Positions 12,498-25,768 of a DNA stretch of 64,000 nucleotides are shown here, piece after piece. Source of the stretch: Tubulanus polymorphus (taxonomy: Eukaryota; Animalia; Nemertea). Location of the stretch: the NCBI RefSeq assembly GCF_964204645.1, contig NC_134028.1, forward strand, positions 10,106,001-10,170,000, given 5' to 3'. Under the pieces are notes generated by a model. The model was not told where the DNA came from. It worked only from the letters and a program-made list of their open reading frames with translations, and made no database searches. Both the position numbers and the translations under genes were made by a program. Positions within the stretch are counted from its first letter, which is position 1. Every line of letters begins with the position of its first letter.

Positions 12498-13265
12498 TCA
12501 TCTATATGCTGGGCTATCGTCAGAATCATTAACAGAGACAGCACTCCGTTTTCCTTTCATCGAGTCCAAGTATGCTGTCAACAAGGTAATATTCTTCCTC
12601 TTTCTCTGGTCTTTCAGATAATCTGACACAACATTCATATCGACATTCACAAAACATGGTTTGATTTGGTCTTTAACCATCATAACAGTTTCAAAATCAG
12701 ATTCATCAGAGTCCGACATCTCATCAATAAGTTCATCAGAATCAGATAGGGACGGGAGATGTCGTCTCAAATCGGGTAGAAAATCAACATCCCTCACATC
12801 ATCAGAATTTGGTGATAATGATCTGACAGGTGTAGATTTTTCATTTTGCATCTCCGACATTGATGGATCCTTGTCGCTTTCATTTTCGATCTCTGAGTCG
12901 TAACATGACGAAGAGGATGTCTCGGTAGTAGTAGGTTTCGAATCATCATTCTCGATAGATTCCGCTCTGCACTTTGAATCAGAAACTGACATTCCACTAT
13001 ACAACACAAGTTTCTGCTTGATGATTACGTGTGACACACCATCAGACTCCGACTGTATGTGTTGTACTACCGGCTTCTTACGACAATTTTCGTTTTCAAG
13101 ATACATGTCTCTTTTGTACTTCTCATACGCTTTATGTCTGGACCACCGCTCTACACCCAAAGACCATCGATCAAGTGGAGCTGCATAGTCGGTTAAACCC
13201 ACTACGTAGTTTTTCTGAATTTCACGATCATTATCGAAATACATCGAAACAGAATCATTCAACAC
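12498..13265 (-). CDS. Acidic Ser-rich hypothetical protein (possibly an exon or TE accessory ORF)
   Basis: 255-aa open frame with low-complexity D/E/S content and a basic patch (QRKRK); no recognised domain. Confidence 0.3.
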   Translation of the reverse strand: MLNDSVSMYFDNDREIQKNYVVGLTDYAAPLDRWSLGVERWSRHKAYEKYKRDMYLENENCRKKPVVQHIQSESDGVSHVIIKQKLVLYSGMSVSDSKCRAESIENDDSKPTTTETSSSSCYDSEIENESDKDPSMSEMQNEKSTPVRSLSPNSDDVRDVDFLPDLRRHLPSLSDSDELIDEMSDSDESDFETVMMVKDQIKPCFVNVDMNVVSDYLKDQRKRKNITLLTAYLDSMKGKRSAVSVNDSDDSPAYR

Positions 13266-16200
13266 TATAACACATCACTATCATTTGCGCAAATATCCTC
13301 AGTCTCGACAGTTTCTATTTCAATGTATTTCGACAGTTTCTCAACACTGGAGTTGTAAGATTTTTGCTGAGACATGTGGGAAGTATCGTTTCCCATATAC
13401 CTGTCTGCGTTCCGAATCACTTAGAGTCCTCAGAATATCCGTCGTTTCCTACCATTTCTGGGATAAACTCCAGAGTCCAGGTTTTTCCCGATGGTTTCCA
13501 ATTCTATTGGCTGAAATGTCTGAAGACGGTTTTCTTCATCTCCACGTCTGCTAGGTTGTCCATAATGTAGACCCTACTTGTGTTTTTGTCGACTATGAGT
13601 ACCACGTAGCACGTTGCATAGTATCAGATGGTACGGCTTTCTCACTTTCATTACGGGGCTGATATATTTCAGATCTACAGGTAGTTGAGCACATTTCGCC
13701 ATTTCCTGCAGATATAAAGAGTGGAACATATGTAAAAAGAATCGAGTAGTTAATAGCCTGAAAAAATTACAATTTGTTTTCTTTATCCTGAAAAAAAAGA
13801 ATTACAAAAGAATTGTATTTTTCCCATCACTCATTATGAACCAAAATAAAAATCAAAACTCCCCTCCCATTTCGTAAACACAAGGAACTGTGGACGTGAA
13901 AGTTCTTGTTTCCTTTCCTGTGTATCAAATGCCGCATAAGCATGTCGATGGTGATGTCGGTGAAATATTTCCCAGGGTTGATGATTGGATTGACATCGCT
14001 AATGTGGATAGGAGTAGCGGTACCATCTAGTCGGAATATCAATCCCGTCGTTTTATCACCCGTGTCGTAGTTTGCCATCTTCTTTTTGAAAAGTTGATGG
14101 TCGGTAGCTGTAAATATACAAACACACAAATAATAAATACAATGTGTTAAAATGATTTTGATATATAGATGGGTTTTACGCTGATGTATAAAAAAGGTAA
14201 CGAGACGAGTAGTACTGTATAAGTTAACTATTTATAGAATAGAAGCTTCATCAGGTGAATGAGTATAGTCAATGGAAAAACAAAGGTATTTATAGGTAGA
14301 CTGAGACTAATTACAGAGAACTGAGTGAAAAGAGTAATTACAAATAAGTGATGAGTGACGTGATAATTAATAACTAAGTGAGTGAGTAGATAATTAATTA
14401 ATTAAGGAACAACAAACTGAAACAAATCAAAGAGAAATAATAATTTCACTTCTAAGTAAATTTTTACAACTTGCGACAGAACTGACCTCAGACAAAGGAT
14501 TTTTGGGGGCAATTTTCATTAAACGAATAAATTTTTTTCTAAATTACCACTTGGACCAACTTATAAACATATTGGGGTACCAAAACCATGATTAAGATCA
14601 GGGATTCGTCATTTAGTAAGTCCCGTGGAAGAAACGGAAGTACTTCGAAGGTACAAAAAATCACGAAATGGGGTATGTGACCCCCTAAATTTCATATCAG
14701 GACCAAAAATAGCCCCCACCCCCAAAAATAACTTCATGTGAAAATGCACCTTCAAATACATAGATCCCGCTTAGTCAGTGAAAAAATTGAGAAAAAAAAT
14801 TTTAAAAGAAAAATTTATATTCTGAGTATAATACATCTGCTGATTTTCCTTAGTTTTCCCACTTTCCCTTTAAATTTGACCATTTTCCACCAAAAATTTC
14901 TTGGTAAACTTTTTCATGTTAAACGTAAAAGTTTTTAACATTAGATTGATTGGACTACTGCTGTTCTGTTGGCGTAAATTTGCGGACTTTCCAGATAGTG
15001 ATCATACATGAGAGATATGGATGGCAAAACATTTGTAGAGACCAGCTTCACTAGTGCACTTAGTATCATTTAACGAAGTCCGCTAGAATAGTGCTGCCCA
15101 TCAGTTGTGGTGAACTAGTCGGACTGAACAGTGGAACTATATATACGCACGCATCACTATGAAGAAACAGAAAGAAAACAACGTCACTGCTTCTACTTCG
15201 ATCACCGTGAAACGATGGCCGAGCCAGATAATGGCTATTCTGCAGGAAGATGGTGTTTGCTCGAGATCTACCTCCGTAAAAGGAAAAGACTGGCTTCAAA
15301 TGCAATGGCTGGTCATTGACCATACCTCAGGCGCCGCCAATGAATGTGTTGGATAAATTGGATAAAAGAAACACACACGACGTAAACCTTCGTCAAGTAT
15401 ACAACTTTGCTGGGAAATACTACAAACACACATACGAAGTATTAATGTCAGACACACCTACTTGCTGTTACTGGGACTTGGAGGCTCCATGGAATTGGCG
15501 TGAAGGCGATGAAGGAAATAGATCTCCACTTTTACCTGTCGTTGATGCAATCGAAGAGTTAAGGCGACAAAAAATTAACAAAAGGAGTGGTGGTTCTTAA
15601 CTCTACGATAACTGGAGTAAAGCACAACTATCACGTCAAGGTGGAGGTAAAGTGTTTTTAGCTTCTTCTGGATCGGAAACATCTACTACATTCGAAGTCA
15701 GTTTACAACCAATCGATCAACAATTGCTCCATTGATGATATAAACCGTCACTACCAGCACCACCACAACTACCAAGAAACGCAAGATAAAAATACACTTG
15801 CAAAGACATTTGCAAAAGAAAACGCATGTGGTTTATTGGTAGAATGTAGACTGATGGTCCTATACGTTTCGCAAATACTACAAGGATGATCCTCCAACAG
15901 AAGATGAACTGTGAAATGGTTTGTTGTTAATACCTCAGGCTAGAAATTTGAAGGACATGATCTTCGTTGTTTTACAAGTGGCAGTGTTGTGTGCTACAAA
16001 AGAAAACATGAATAAAATGAAAGAATTGAATTTTTTAATTTTTTTGAAATTCTTTAAAAAAATTACAAGTCCAACTTCTCACACTTTTTCACCCCGGGTG
16101 AAAAATCATGAAAAGTCATGCCAGACGTAACGGCAACATATTCAAAGCACTTGCCTACGAGAAGTGCATTTATTCACATCTGCAAAATATTGTACAATTT

Positions 16201-17603
16201 TTTGCTGTGATGGACTTGTTGCCCAAAAACGGCCAGATTCAATGAATCTGTCTGGCGCAACCAGATACTAAGAACAAATGTAGAAGAAAAAAAATTGCAT
16301 TTAGTGACCCAACATATACTTGTTCGTTTTAGCGACTTGTCTTTTTCAAAATGGACTACTCTGTTCACGATCATGCTTCATATAGGGGTATAGTAACTGG
16401 AGGAGAGCCGTTCAGCATGTTAAAAGCCACGACACCACCACATTAAAACTTTGCCTAAAAACATCGTGACGTTTGAAGCCAAGCATCAGCACACATTCCC
16501 GTCAATTTATTGGAACCTTCTCCGTGTTATATAAAATGTTTAGATCATGCATTTGATGAGTTGGCATGGAGCAGGAATTGTTTCAAGTGATTGATAGAAT
16601 AGGCGAATTGACATTTTACGCTTTAGCTTTGAACATCGTGGCATCTTTGGAGACAGAGCCCATAGAAATAGAATTGGAACTGGTTTTTTGAAGAAACAGC
16701 GAGCAATGAAAATGGAACTGAAGGGAATAAACTAGGTGTCGAGGCAGGCGATGCTATTATGATGAATAGTACTGTTACCGTGGAAAAATTTCGAGCTGAT
16801 TCTCATCATAACAGTTTAGGTGCTGAACGAAAAGGCACTACTGTGAGTTCGCTTCAGATCAGAAGAAATCAACGTGTCCGTCAGCAAACCTATCTATACT
16901 TGCCAAAATTGTTGGAACTGCAGCTTTTGATAACTCACCTAACTTAAAGACGATATGATAAGATGCGTTCTGTGGAGCTGTGCCATAGATTGCGTACCAG
17001 AGCGCGATAAGGTGCAAATACAAGACATTATCAACTCTCGAAGTTAGTCGACAAGAGTTCATTGGAAGTGGTCTTGTGTCAGCTCATAGACCAATACAAG
17101 ATAAAACCAGCAGGCTCAAACATCACGCCAAAGTCACAAGAGCAAAAGCGAGCAAAATTCGTGTACAGTGCATTATCGTTACTGGTAGAGAGCATATCTA
17201 AAACACCTGTGATCAGTTGTGATTAGTCGGATAGACACAATCTAGTCATAACAGAATATGGGGGTAAATTAACTGCCATCAATTACTATCCGGTTCATCA
17301 GAGAAGACCCACATCAAGTCAGCAATCAAAATTACAAACCACCCGTATCTGTAATGATGCAAAGTTCTTTGCGGTCAAACGATTCTGCACAAAAATCACG
17401 TCTATCACAAAAATTGACCAAAGTCTTATTGTGATAATATGCCTGTCTGACCAGTATGCCCTGTCTGTGAATCCATGCCATATGCCTGTCGTATCAAAAA
17501 TAGAAAAATCGAAAGCCTCACCCGGTGGGAGGTTCAGGTCATTCATTGACACCTGCATAAAGGAACAAGAAGCTACGAAAACTGTTAAATCTTGTATACA
17601 GGT

Positions 17604-18020
17604 TGTTGATGCCAAAACGTATGGTATGGTGTCGCCCTCCTTTTATGGTGCTCCCTGTTCCGGAAGTATAGCTGCAGGGCAGAACACGTTGTTTTTTCTG
17701 AAGTTATATGAGCCAGGAGATCGTACCATGTTTGTAAGTTTATTTTAGTTTATATTTAGATTTGAAGATGTTAAACCTTTCGGATTTTTAAGGTCATTTT
17801 GTATTTTTCTAGAAATCTCGATATTCGGAGCTTGAATTATGTAAACAGCGGCTGCAGTGTTTTGTATGTGGAACTACTGTGTACCATTACTGTAAGTGTT
17901 ACAATTGGTTGGAACAACTGTACTGTTTGGAACAAATACAGGAACGCAATCGAGCATATATCAAGAGCGAAATACGTCCTGGTTATTATTGGTATCGTCT
18001 GTTGGATTTTCGATGGTATA
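17604..18020 (+). repeat. 5' LTR of BEL1
   Basis: Starts TGTTGATGCC; aligns with 52383..52758, which lacks ~41 bp. Confidence 0.85.
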
Positions 18021-18100
18021 TTAATTTGTGATTCGTGTAAGTACTGCTGTTAGTTCTTACGTGTGAGTAGCTGCTATGCTAGTATGATCATCAGCTGATC

Positions 18101-20522
18101 ATGGAGTATGCAGAATTTATGAAGAGGGTTAGTTCCTTCTTGACTGTGGATGAAGACTATAGTGATTGTAGTAGGCCTAGTGTAAACCAGTCGGAGTATC
18201 TAGGTCGTTTAGAAAATAGAATTAAGGAACTGGAGGTCGAAGTTCAATCGCTTACCAAACGGAACTGGAAATCGACTGTAGTCGATAACTCGTTGAAATC
18301 GCATGATCCGTCGTTTCCGTCGTCAGTAAGAGATGATCGTGCGTATCCGTCTACAGTTAGACATGATCCGTCGTTTCCGTCATCAGTAAGAGATGATCGT
18401 GCGTATCCGTCTACAGTTAGACATGATCCGTCGTTTCCGTCGTCAGTAAGAGATGATCGTGCGTATCCGTCTACAGTTAGACATGATCCGTCGTTTCCAT
18501 CGTCAGTAAGAGATGATCGTGCGTATCCGTCTACAGTTAGACATGATCTGTCGTTTCCGTCGTCAGTAAGAGATGATCCGTTGTTTACGTCAGCACGAAA
18601 AGACGAACAGGTATATTCCTCTACAGCTGCCGAAAGGGGTTATACACCTGCCGCTCCAGTATCTAATGGAAACGCAGTTACGATTGTCAAGCCGCCATTC
18701 GAATCGACAGTAGCGGCAGGTACTACGCTTAGGCCGGAGGCCGTGTCCTTCACACCTGAATATGGTCATGTCAGTGTAAATCCATCATATAACCTGGAAA
18801 ACCTATTGTCCAGGCAGATAGAAACCACAATGGCCTTGACTTTACCACAAACTGAAATGCCCAAATTTGATGGCGATCCGTGTGAATTCTACAGTTTTAT
18901 GAGAGCATATGATACCCTGATAGATCGAAATACGTCTAATGATGGGACTAAGTTTTATCTCTTGCTACAGTGCACTACTGGAGATGCGAACGGACTTGTA
19001 AAAAGTTTTTGTTCAATGGAGTCGTCGAGCGGATTAAATAACGCGTTGTCAGCACTGAAGAAACAATACGGTCAGAGCTACAAGATCGCTTGCAGCTTTG
19101 TGGATAAGTTGGTCAGCGGACCACCCATAAAGGCGGAAGATAGCGCAGGAATGCAGAAATTGTCGGTCGTTGCGATGAGTTGCGTTAATACCCTTCGCGA
19201 TATTGGATATCTGTCCAAGGTTGAAAATCCGAAGACAATGCGGAAGCTGAGCGAAAGACTACCATATGATGCACGCAAACGCTGGCGTGTAACTGCAGAT
19301 CGGATCTCTGAGGAAGCGGGTCGAAAAATTAGCTTCCAAGATGTGGTTTCATTTATTACCGAGGAGGCGCGTGTGTTAAATCACCCCGTTTTTGGGAAAG
19401 TTTTTAGTGATCGTAAAGTGGAAAAACCTCCACAAAGTTATGAAAGGGGAAATACCCTTAAAAAATCTATTCATGCCGTAAAGCATGAAAGTTCAGGTCC
19501 AGTTTCGAATTTTGTCAAATGTCAATATTGTAGTAACAGTGACCACTGGACAGATAAGTGTGATATTTTCAAAGCAAAATCTGTTGAAGAACGGAGGGAT
19601 TATGTTGTAAATAAAGGTTTTTGTTGGTTGTGCCTTAAGCCTAATCATAGAGCTAAACAGTGTCGTAGCAAGTTATCGTGTTTAAAATGTAGTAAGTCTC
19701 ATAATGCATTGTAACACTTTGAATCGGAGAGGCCTCCTAAATACGAAGAGGCTGATAGGTCTGCTAAGAGCGGGTTTGTCACTAGTAGTACCTTAGATTC
19801 CGTTATTGGTCTGCCAATCGTACCCGTTAAAGTTATCGGTGACAAAGTTATTGAAACTTATGCATTCCTTGATAATGGTTCTACAGCATCATTCTGTACT
19901 GAAAGTCTTGTTAAGGGTTTAGGAATTTCTGGAGTTAAAACTGAATTTAAGCTGTGTACGTTAGGTAAAGATGAGAAAATCATTAGTACTAAGGTAGACT
20001 TAACTGTGTCGGACCTTAACGGGCAATCCAGCGTGCCCCTCCGTGATGTAATATCGGTTTCGAATCTGCCCATATCAGTCGACGACATAGCAAAACAGGT
20101 AGACATTGATAAGTGGCCACATTTGTCTGATGTAAAGGTTGAACTTATAAATTCTGGTGTTGAGATTCTAATAGGAAACGACAATTGTGAAGCACTTGAA
20201 CCGCTTGATGTGCGTAAAGGTAGAGGTAAAGGTCCGATAGCGGTTAAGACAGTTTTCGGTTGGACAATAAATGGCCCGCTTAAACGTTGTATGAGTATTA
20301 ATACAAAGGAAAACTGTAAACGTGTAGGACCTATTAAAACTGACCAACGGTTGAACGATTTGTTCCAAGATTATTGTAATCGCGAGTTTAATGACGACGA
20401 AGTTTGTTGTGATAAGACTAGGTCTGTAAATGACCAGAAAGCTATAGGCTTATTCGAAAATTCTGTAGTATTGTCTAGTGGTCATTATGAGATCGGCCTT
20501 CCATGGAGGTCATGCCCACCTA
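18101..20522 (+). pseudogene. BEL1 gag-protease portion
   Basis: PKFDGDP gag motif, three Cys/His knuckles (CQYC..H..C, CWLC..H..C, CLKC..H), stop at 19712, protease YAFLDNGSTASF; cut at GLPWRSCPP by the Polinton. Confidence 0.9.
18301..18580 (+). repeat. In-frame 60-bp tandem repeat (~4.6 copies; HDPSFPSSVRDDRAYPSTVR) in BEL1 gag
   Basis: Visible as near-identical consecutive 60-nt lines. Confidence 0.95.
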
Positions 20523-21110
20523 AGTAATAGGGGTAATAGGCTTTCAAATCAAAGGTCGAATGGTCGAGCTCATTAAAAAACAAAATATTAAAAGTAATTT
20601 AAAACTATAATATATTTTCATAACCGTGTGCATTTCATATTATAACTAAATATTTATTCTAAGATATTAATAATTTTAATTTTAAAAGCATATTGTATTA
20701 AATCAATTGGTCCCTCCGCTTCACTACCGCTCCGCTCCGCGACCAATTGATTTATTACAATACACAAATTCATAATCAAATATATTTTAATAATAATAAT
20801 TATTCTATTATTCAACTGAAATGCACACGGTTATGAAAATATATTATAGTTTTAAATTACTTTTAATATTTTGTTTTTTAATGAGCTCGACCATTCAACC
20901 TTTAACCTGAAAGCCTATTACCCCTATTACTCTTAAAATAATCATATACATGAATAACATTTAAATTGACAGATTATTCAATATAAAAGTGTGAGCTCTT
21001 ATGGAATATATAGATAGATATATTTACAACATTATTTTAATATTCATATTTGTATGAGTTAGATTTTTAAACATTAAAAGTGTTAGTAAAGTGTGATTGA
21101 AATAATACAT
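20523..21110. repeat. Left TIR of Polinton copy B (588 bp; outer 409 bp form a fold-back)
   Basis: Reverse complement of 36426..36984. Confidence 0.95.
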
Positions 21111-21164
21111 GATATAAATCATTGAACTTCTAAAATCAATTTTAATAAAAATTTTAGTATTAAA

Positions 21165-24100
21165 ATGGAAGCAAATAAGTACTACTGTTCAACATGTAAA
21201 ATCAATATAGATAAATCCCAAAAAGCAAGACACAATAAAACTAAAACACATTTAGAGAATAAATTGAAATTAGAATATGAAGATGATATATTAGAAACTA
21301 AATTAGATGAATTAAAGAATGAAAAAGAAATATACAAATGTGATACATGTAATCAATCATTCAGTGATAAAAGATATTATAAAGAACATTTAAAATCTAA
21401 AAGTCATTTTAGAAATAAGAATAATGATATTTTAGGTAAAGATTATTTTGATAAAGATAATGATAAGAAACAGAAGACAATTAAAAGCATAAAAAATTAA
21501 TTAAACAATAAAAGACCATACATGGAAGATGTAAGAAAATATATTAATTTATTGGATAATAAAAAAGATATAGAGATAACCGAAGCATTTAAAAGTGATA
21601 TTGGCCCAGCAGCTATCGAGTTTAAATTTCATAAAGGTAAAACATTAGAAGAAAATAAAAAACATTTAGAAAATATGAAAGAAATAATAAAAATAACTGA
21701 TGTTGAATATCCTAAAATTAGTATATCAGTTAAAGTAAAGTTTATAAAATCTGAAGATAAACCAATATATAATATAAATTCTCATTCACAACATATTATA
21801 TGTAAACAACATATAGATGATAAATTAGATAAATGTTATAATGAAGTAAAAACTAAAATAGAAGAGAAATATTTTGAAGGATCTGGTTTAATATTTGATG
21901 AAATAATATTTATGACTTTACATGTTTATAACACAAAATATAATAAGTTAACTAAATCAAAACCAATAGATGAAAATAATGTATCATATTATAAAGAACC
22001 AGATATTGAAGCATCGAGTTATATTAAACTACCATTTAAAACTAATGCTGTAATAAATGTACAAAATTTTGATGATAAATGTTTTCTATGGGCTATAATA
22101 AGTTGTTTACATCCTGCAACTTATGATATTTGTAGATTAACTCATTATAAACCATTTGAAAATAATTATAAGATAGATAAGTATCCTGTTATAATTAAAA
22201 ACATCCCAAAAATAGAAAGAGATAATACTATAAAGATAAATGTATTTAATTTAATCAAATTACCAAATACAAAAGGTAACAATATAAAACATTATACATT
22301 AGAACCTTTATACCTATCAAAAGATTATGATTCAAACGATGTTATAGATACATTATATTATGAGAATCATTATATGTAGATTAAACAAATAGATTTATTC
22401 TTTAGAACAGAAAGTGATCACCATAATAAAATATATCTATGTAGAAAATGTTTACATAAATTCAGTAATGAAAGTACATTATTAAATCATAAACAATTAT
22501 GTGAAAATCATGATTATTGTAAATTAGTTTTACCAAATGAAAAGGATAAAATATTAGAATTCAAAAAATAAGATTACAAAAATAAAGTACCATTTGTTAT
22601 ATATGGATATTTTGAATCATTAAATAAAGAACAAACTGATCAAGATAGAAAAGAAATATATTATAAAAGAAAGAAATTAAATTCTAATGAAAATGATTTT
22701 TCAGATGAACCACCAATAACAAATACTATTAAAAAGATTCATCAATCAGCTGCAGCTTTCGGGTTATATATAAAATCTGATTATCCAGAACTAATTGAAA
22801 GTGAATATTATCATTATAGAAATGAAAATGTTATCAATCATTTTTGTGACTTATTAATTGAATATGAAATAAGATTTAGTAAATTATTGAATACAAATAA
22901 AGAAATTATTATGACAGAAGAAGATAAAGAAGCATTTGAGTTTGCAGATAAATGTTATTATTGTGAAAAGATATTTAATTATGAAGATAAAAAAGTAAGA
23001 GACCATGATCATTTGAACGGAAAGTTTACAGGTGCTGCACATGAGAATTGTAACTTACAAGCTAAGAAAATTAACTTTGTACCAGTTATATTTCATAATC
23101 TATCAGGATATGATGCACATTTATTCATCAAACAGTTATGTCATAAAATAGAAGAAATTAATAATGAAATAGAAAGATTAAATTCAAATAGATCAAAAGA
23201 TAAAATACCAACTTATAAATTTAGAATGTTAGCTAAAACATCTGAGAATTATATATCATTCCAATTTGGGTGCCTAAGATTTATAGATTCATATAGATTT
23301 TTAAATAGTTCATTAGATAACTTATCAAAATCATTAGTTGATGATGAATTAAAAATATTAAAGCAACATTACCCAAATAATGATGATTTCCAATTAATGA
23401 GATATAAAGGCGCAATTCCATATTCATTTTATAAATCACATAATGATTTTAATATAACTGAATTATTAAAAGAACAATTTTATGATGAATTAAAAAATGA
23501 ATATGTTAAAGATGAAGTATATAATAGAACATTGAATATTTGGAATCATTTTAAAATAACAAATCATGGACAATTAGTAGATTTATATCTAAAATCAGAT
23601 GTATTATTATTAACTGATATATTCGAAAGGTTTAGACATGTAAACCTAAAATATTTTAACATTGATCCTTGTCATTGTTATTCAAGGATTAACATGGGAT
23701 TGTGGTTTAAAATTTACAGATATAAAAATGGATTTGTTAACAAATATAGATCAATTACTATTATTTGAAAAATCTATAAGAGGAGGTGTTTCAGGTGTAT
23801 TAGGGGATAGATATTTCAATGTAAATGATAGCCCTGGATATAAGTTATTATATATAGATGCAAATTATTTGTATGGTTGGGCAATGATGGCACCACAACC
23901 TTATGGAGTATTTGAATTAACTGAAGTTTTACAGAATGAAAATAATGATAAATTTGATTGGAAGAAAAGAATTCTAGATATTGCAGATGATTCAGATACT
24001 GGTTACTTCTTTGTTGTAGATTTAGAATATCCTGAACATATTAAATTTAAATCTAGAAATCTAGCTTACTGTCCCGAACATAAAACTGTAACTCATGAAG

Positions 24101-25191
24101 AATTATCAAATTATCAAAAAAGAATTAAACCCGAAAATCATATTCATACAGAAAAGTTAACGGTAACTCAAGAAGATAAATATAATTATGTAGTACATTA
24201 TAGAATGTTAAAGTTTTATCTAAAACAAGGAATGATTCTAAAAAAAGTACATAGATATATTTCATTTAGTAAATCTAAGTGGTTAGAAAAATATATAGAA
24301 TTTAACACCAAACAGAGAACTGAAGCTAAAACTGATTTCGAAAAAGATTTCTTCAAGTTAATGAATAATGCATTCTATGGTAAGACTTGTGAAAATATTA
24401 GAAATAGAAATGATATTGAGTTAGTTAGTAATGGTAAAAGGATAAGGCATTTACAATCATATCCTAAGTTTTTAGGTAACAGAATATTTGATGAAAATTT
24501 AGCCGCAGTTAAAATCAGAAGAACATCAATGAAATTTAATAAACCAATCTATGTTGGAGCATCAGTTTTAGAATAATCAAAATTACTAATGTATGAATTC
24601 TATTATAATGTATTACAACCACTTTTTGGAGAAAAACATATAGAAATACTATATTTTGATACTGACAGTTACATATTAAAGATAAAAACTGATAACATAA
24701 CTGATGATTTAAAAACATTAAAACATCATTTTGATTTCAGTAACTATCCTAAAAATCATGAATTGTTTAGCAATGATTATAAAAAAGTTCCCGGTAAATT
24801 CAAAGATGAATTATGTGGTGAAGAAATGATTGAATTCATCGGTATTAGATCTAAAATGTATTCATATAAAACTAAAGAACATGAAGCTAAAAAGTTGAAA
24901 GGAATAACTAAAAGTGTAGTAGAAAAGAATATTCATTTCAAAGATTACATCAATTGTATATTCAATGAAGAAGTTAGAAAACATAAGATGAGATGTTTAA
25001 GATCTGAAGATCATGAAATGTTTATTGAAGAAATTGAAAAGATAAGTCTAAACCAATTTGATGATAAAAGATATATTTTAGATGATGGAATTCATACAGT
25101 TGCTTATGGTTGTAATTTAGATGAATACTTAAAATTTAAAAGAGAAGAAACAAAAGAGAACGAGATAATGAAAAGAATTCTAACGTGTTAA
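21165..25191 (+). pseudogene. Protein-primed family B DNA polymerase (pPolB) with N-terminal C2H2 fingers and an endonuclease-VII-like His/Cys insert
   Basis: One frame from 21165 with stops at 21498, 22377 and 22569, frameshift ~23685, stop 24574. Motifs DHDHLNG..GAAH..CNL, FHNLSGYD, YLKSDV, YIDANYLYG, KLMNNAFYGK, YFDTDS. Confidence 0.93.
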
Positions 25192-25220
25192 TCAAATTTT
25201 AATAAAAATATGTATTATAA

Positions 25221-25431
25221 ATGGAGAGTAAACAAGCGCACAGTGAGAACAACAAATCATTTCTAGATAGAATAAAAGATACTTCAAATGTCAAATCAGT
25301 AGATTATAAATATAAGAAGTTAAAAGTATTAATAATCCATAAGAAATATCTAATTACAAATATTGATACAGTTACTAACAAATATGGAGATAAATTAGTT
25401 ATACACTTAGAATATGAAGGATTACACGTAT
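25221..25431 (+). pseudogene. Small basic Polinton protein, 3'-truncated by an internal deletion (distant homolog of 54543..54848)
   Basis: TAAATG start; K.FL..I and T/N-KYG motifs shared with 54543..54848; fused at 25432 to the 140-aa gene. Confidence 0.6.
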
Positions 25432-25743
25432 CAAAGAAGACATAACTTAGCATTAGAGAAATACAATAAAGCAGCAGAAGAATATAGAGAAAAGAGGCAA
25501 AACTATATGGATTATATTAACAAGGAATTATATGATCAGAAGATTTCACAAAGAGATTTTCAATCAGTTGATGATGCAATGAGTTTATATAACGCGGTAA
25601 CAAATAAAGAAAAATTACATCTATACAAACCTAAATTATCAGATTATTATACCCCAAGTAAAGAACAGAAGAAATATGAAATAATTTGGATTTTAGGCGG
25701 AACTGTTATTGTTATATTTGTTGCTTATAAGTTTACTAATTAA
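25432..25743 (+). pseudogene. 5'-truncated copy of the 140-aa membrane protein
   Basis: Matches 666..977 from QRRHNLALE onward. Confidence 0.85.
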
Positions 25744-25768
25744 TTATTTTTTTTTTTTTGTTAAATAA

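Noticed and set aside
15066-15900. Short ORFs as host exons
   Set aside because: No recognisable domain or consistent splice structure.
16150-17300. Degenerate non-LTR retrotransposon 3' region on the minus strand
   Set aside because: Only vague peptide resemblance; no RT motif could be confirmed by eye.
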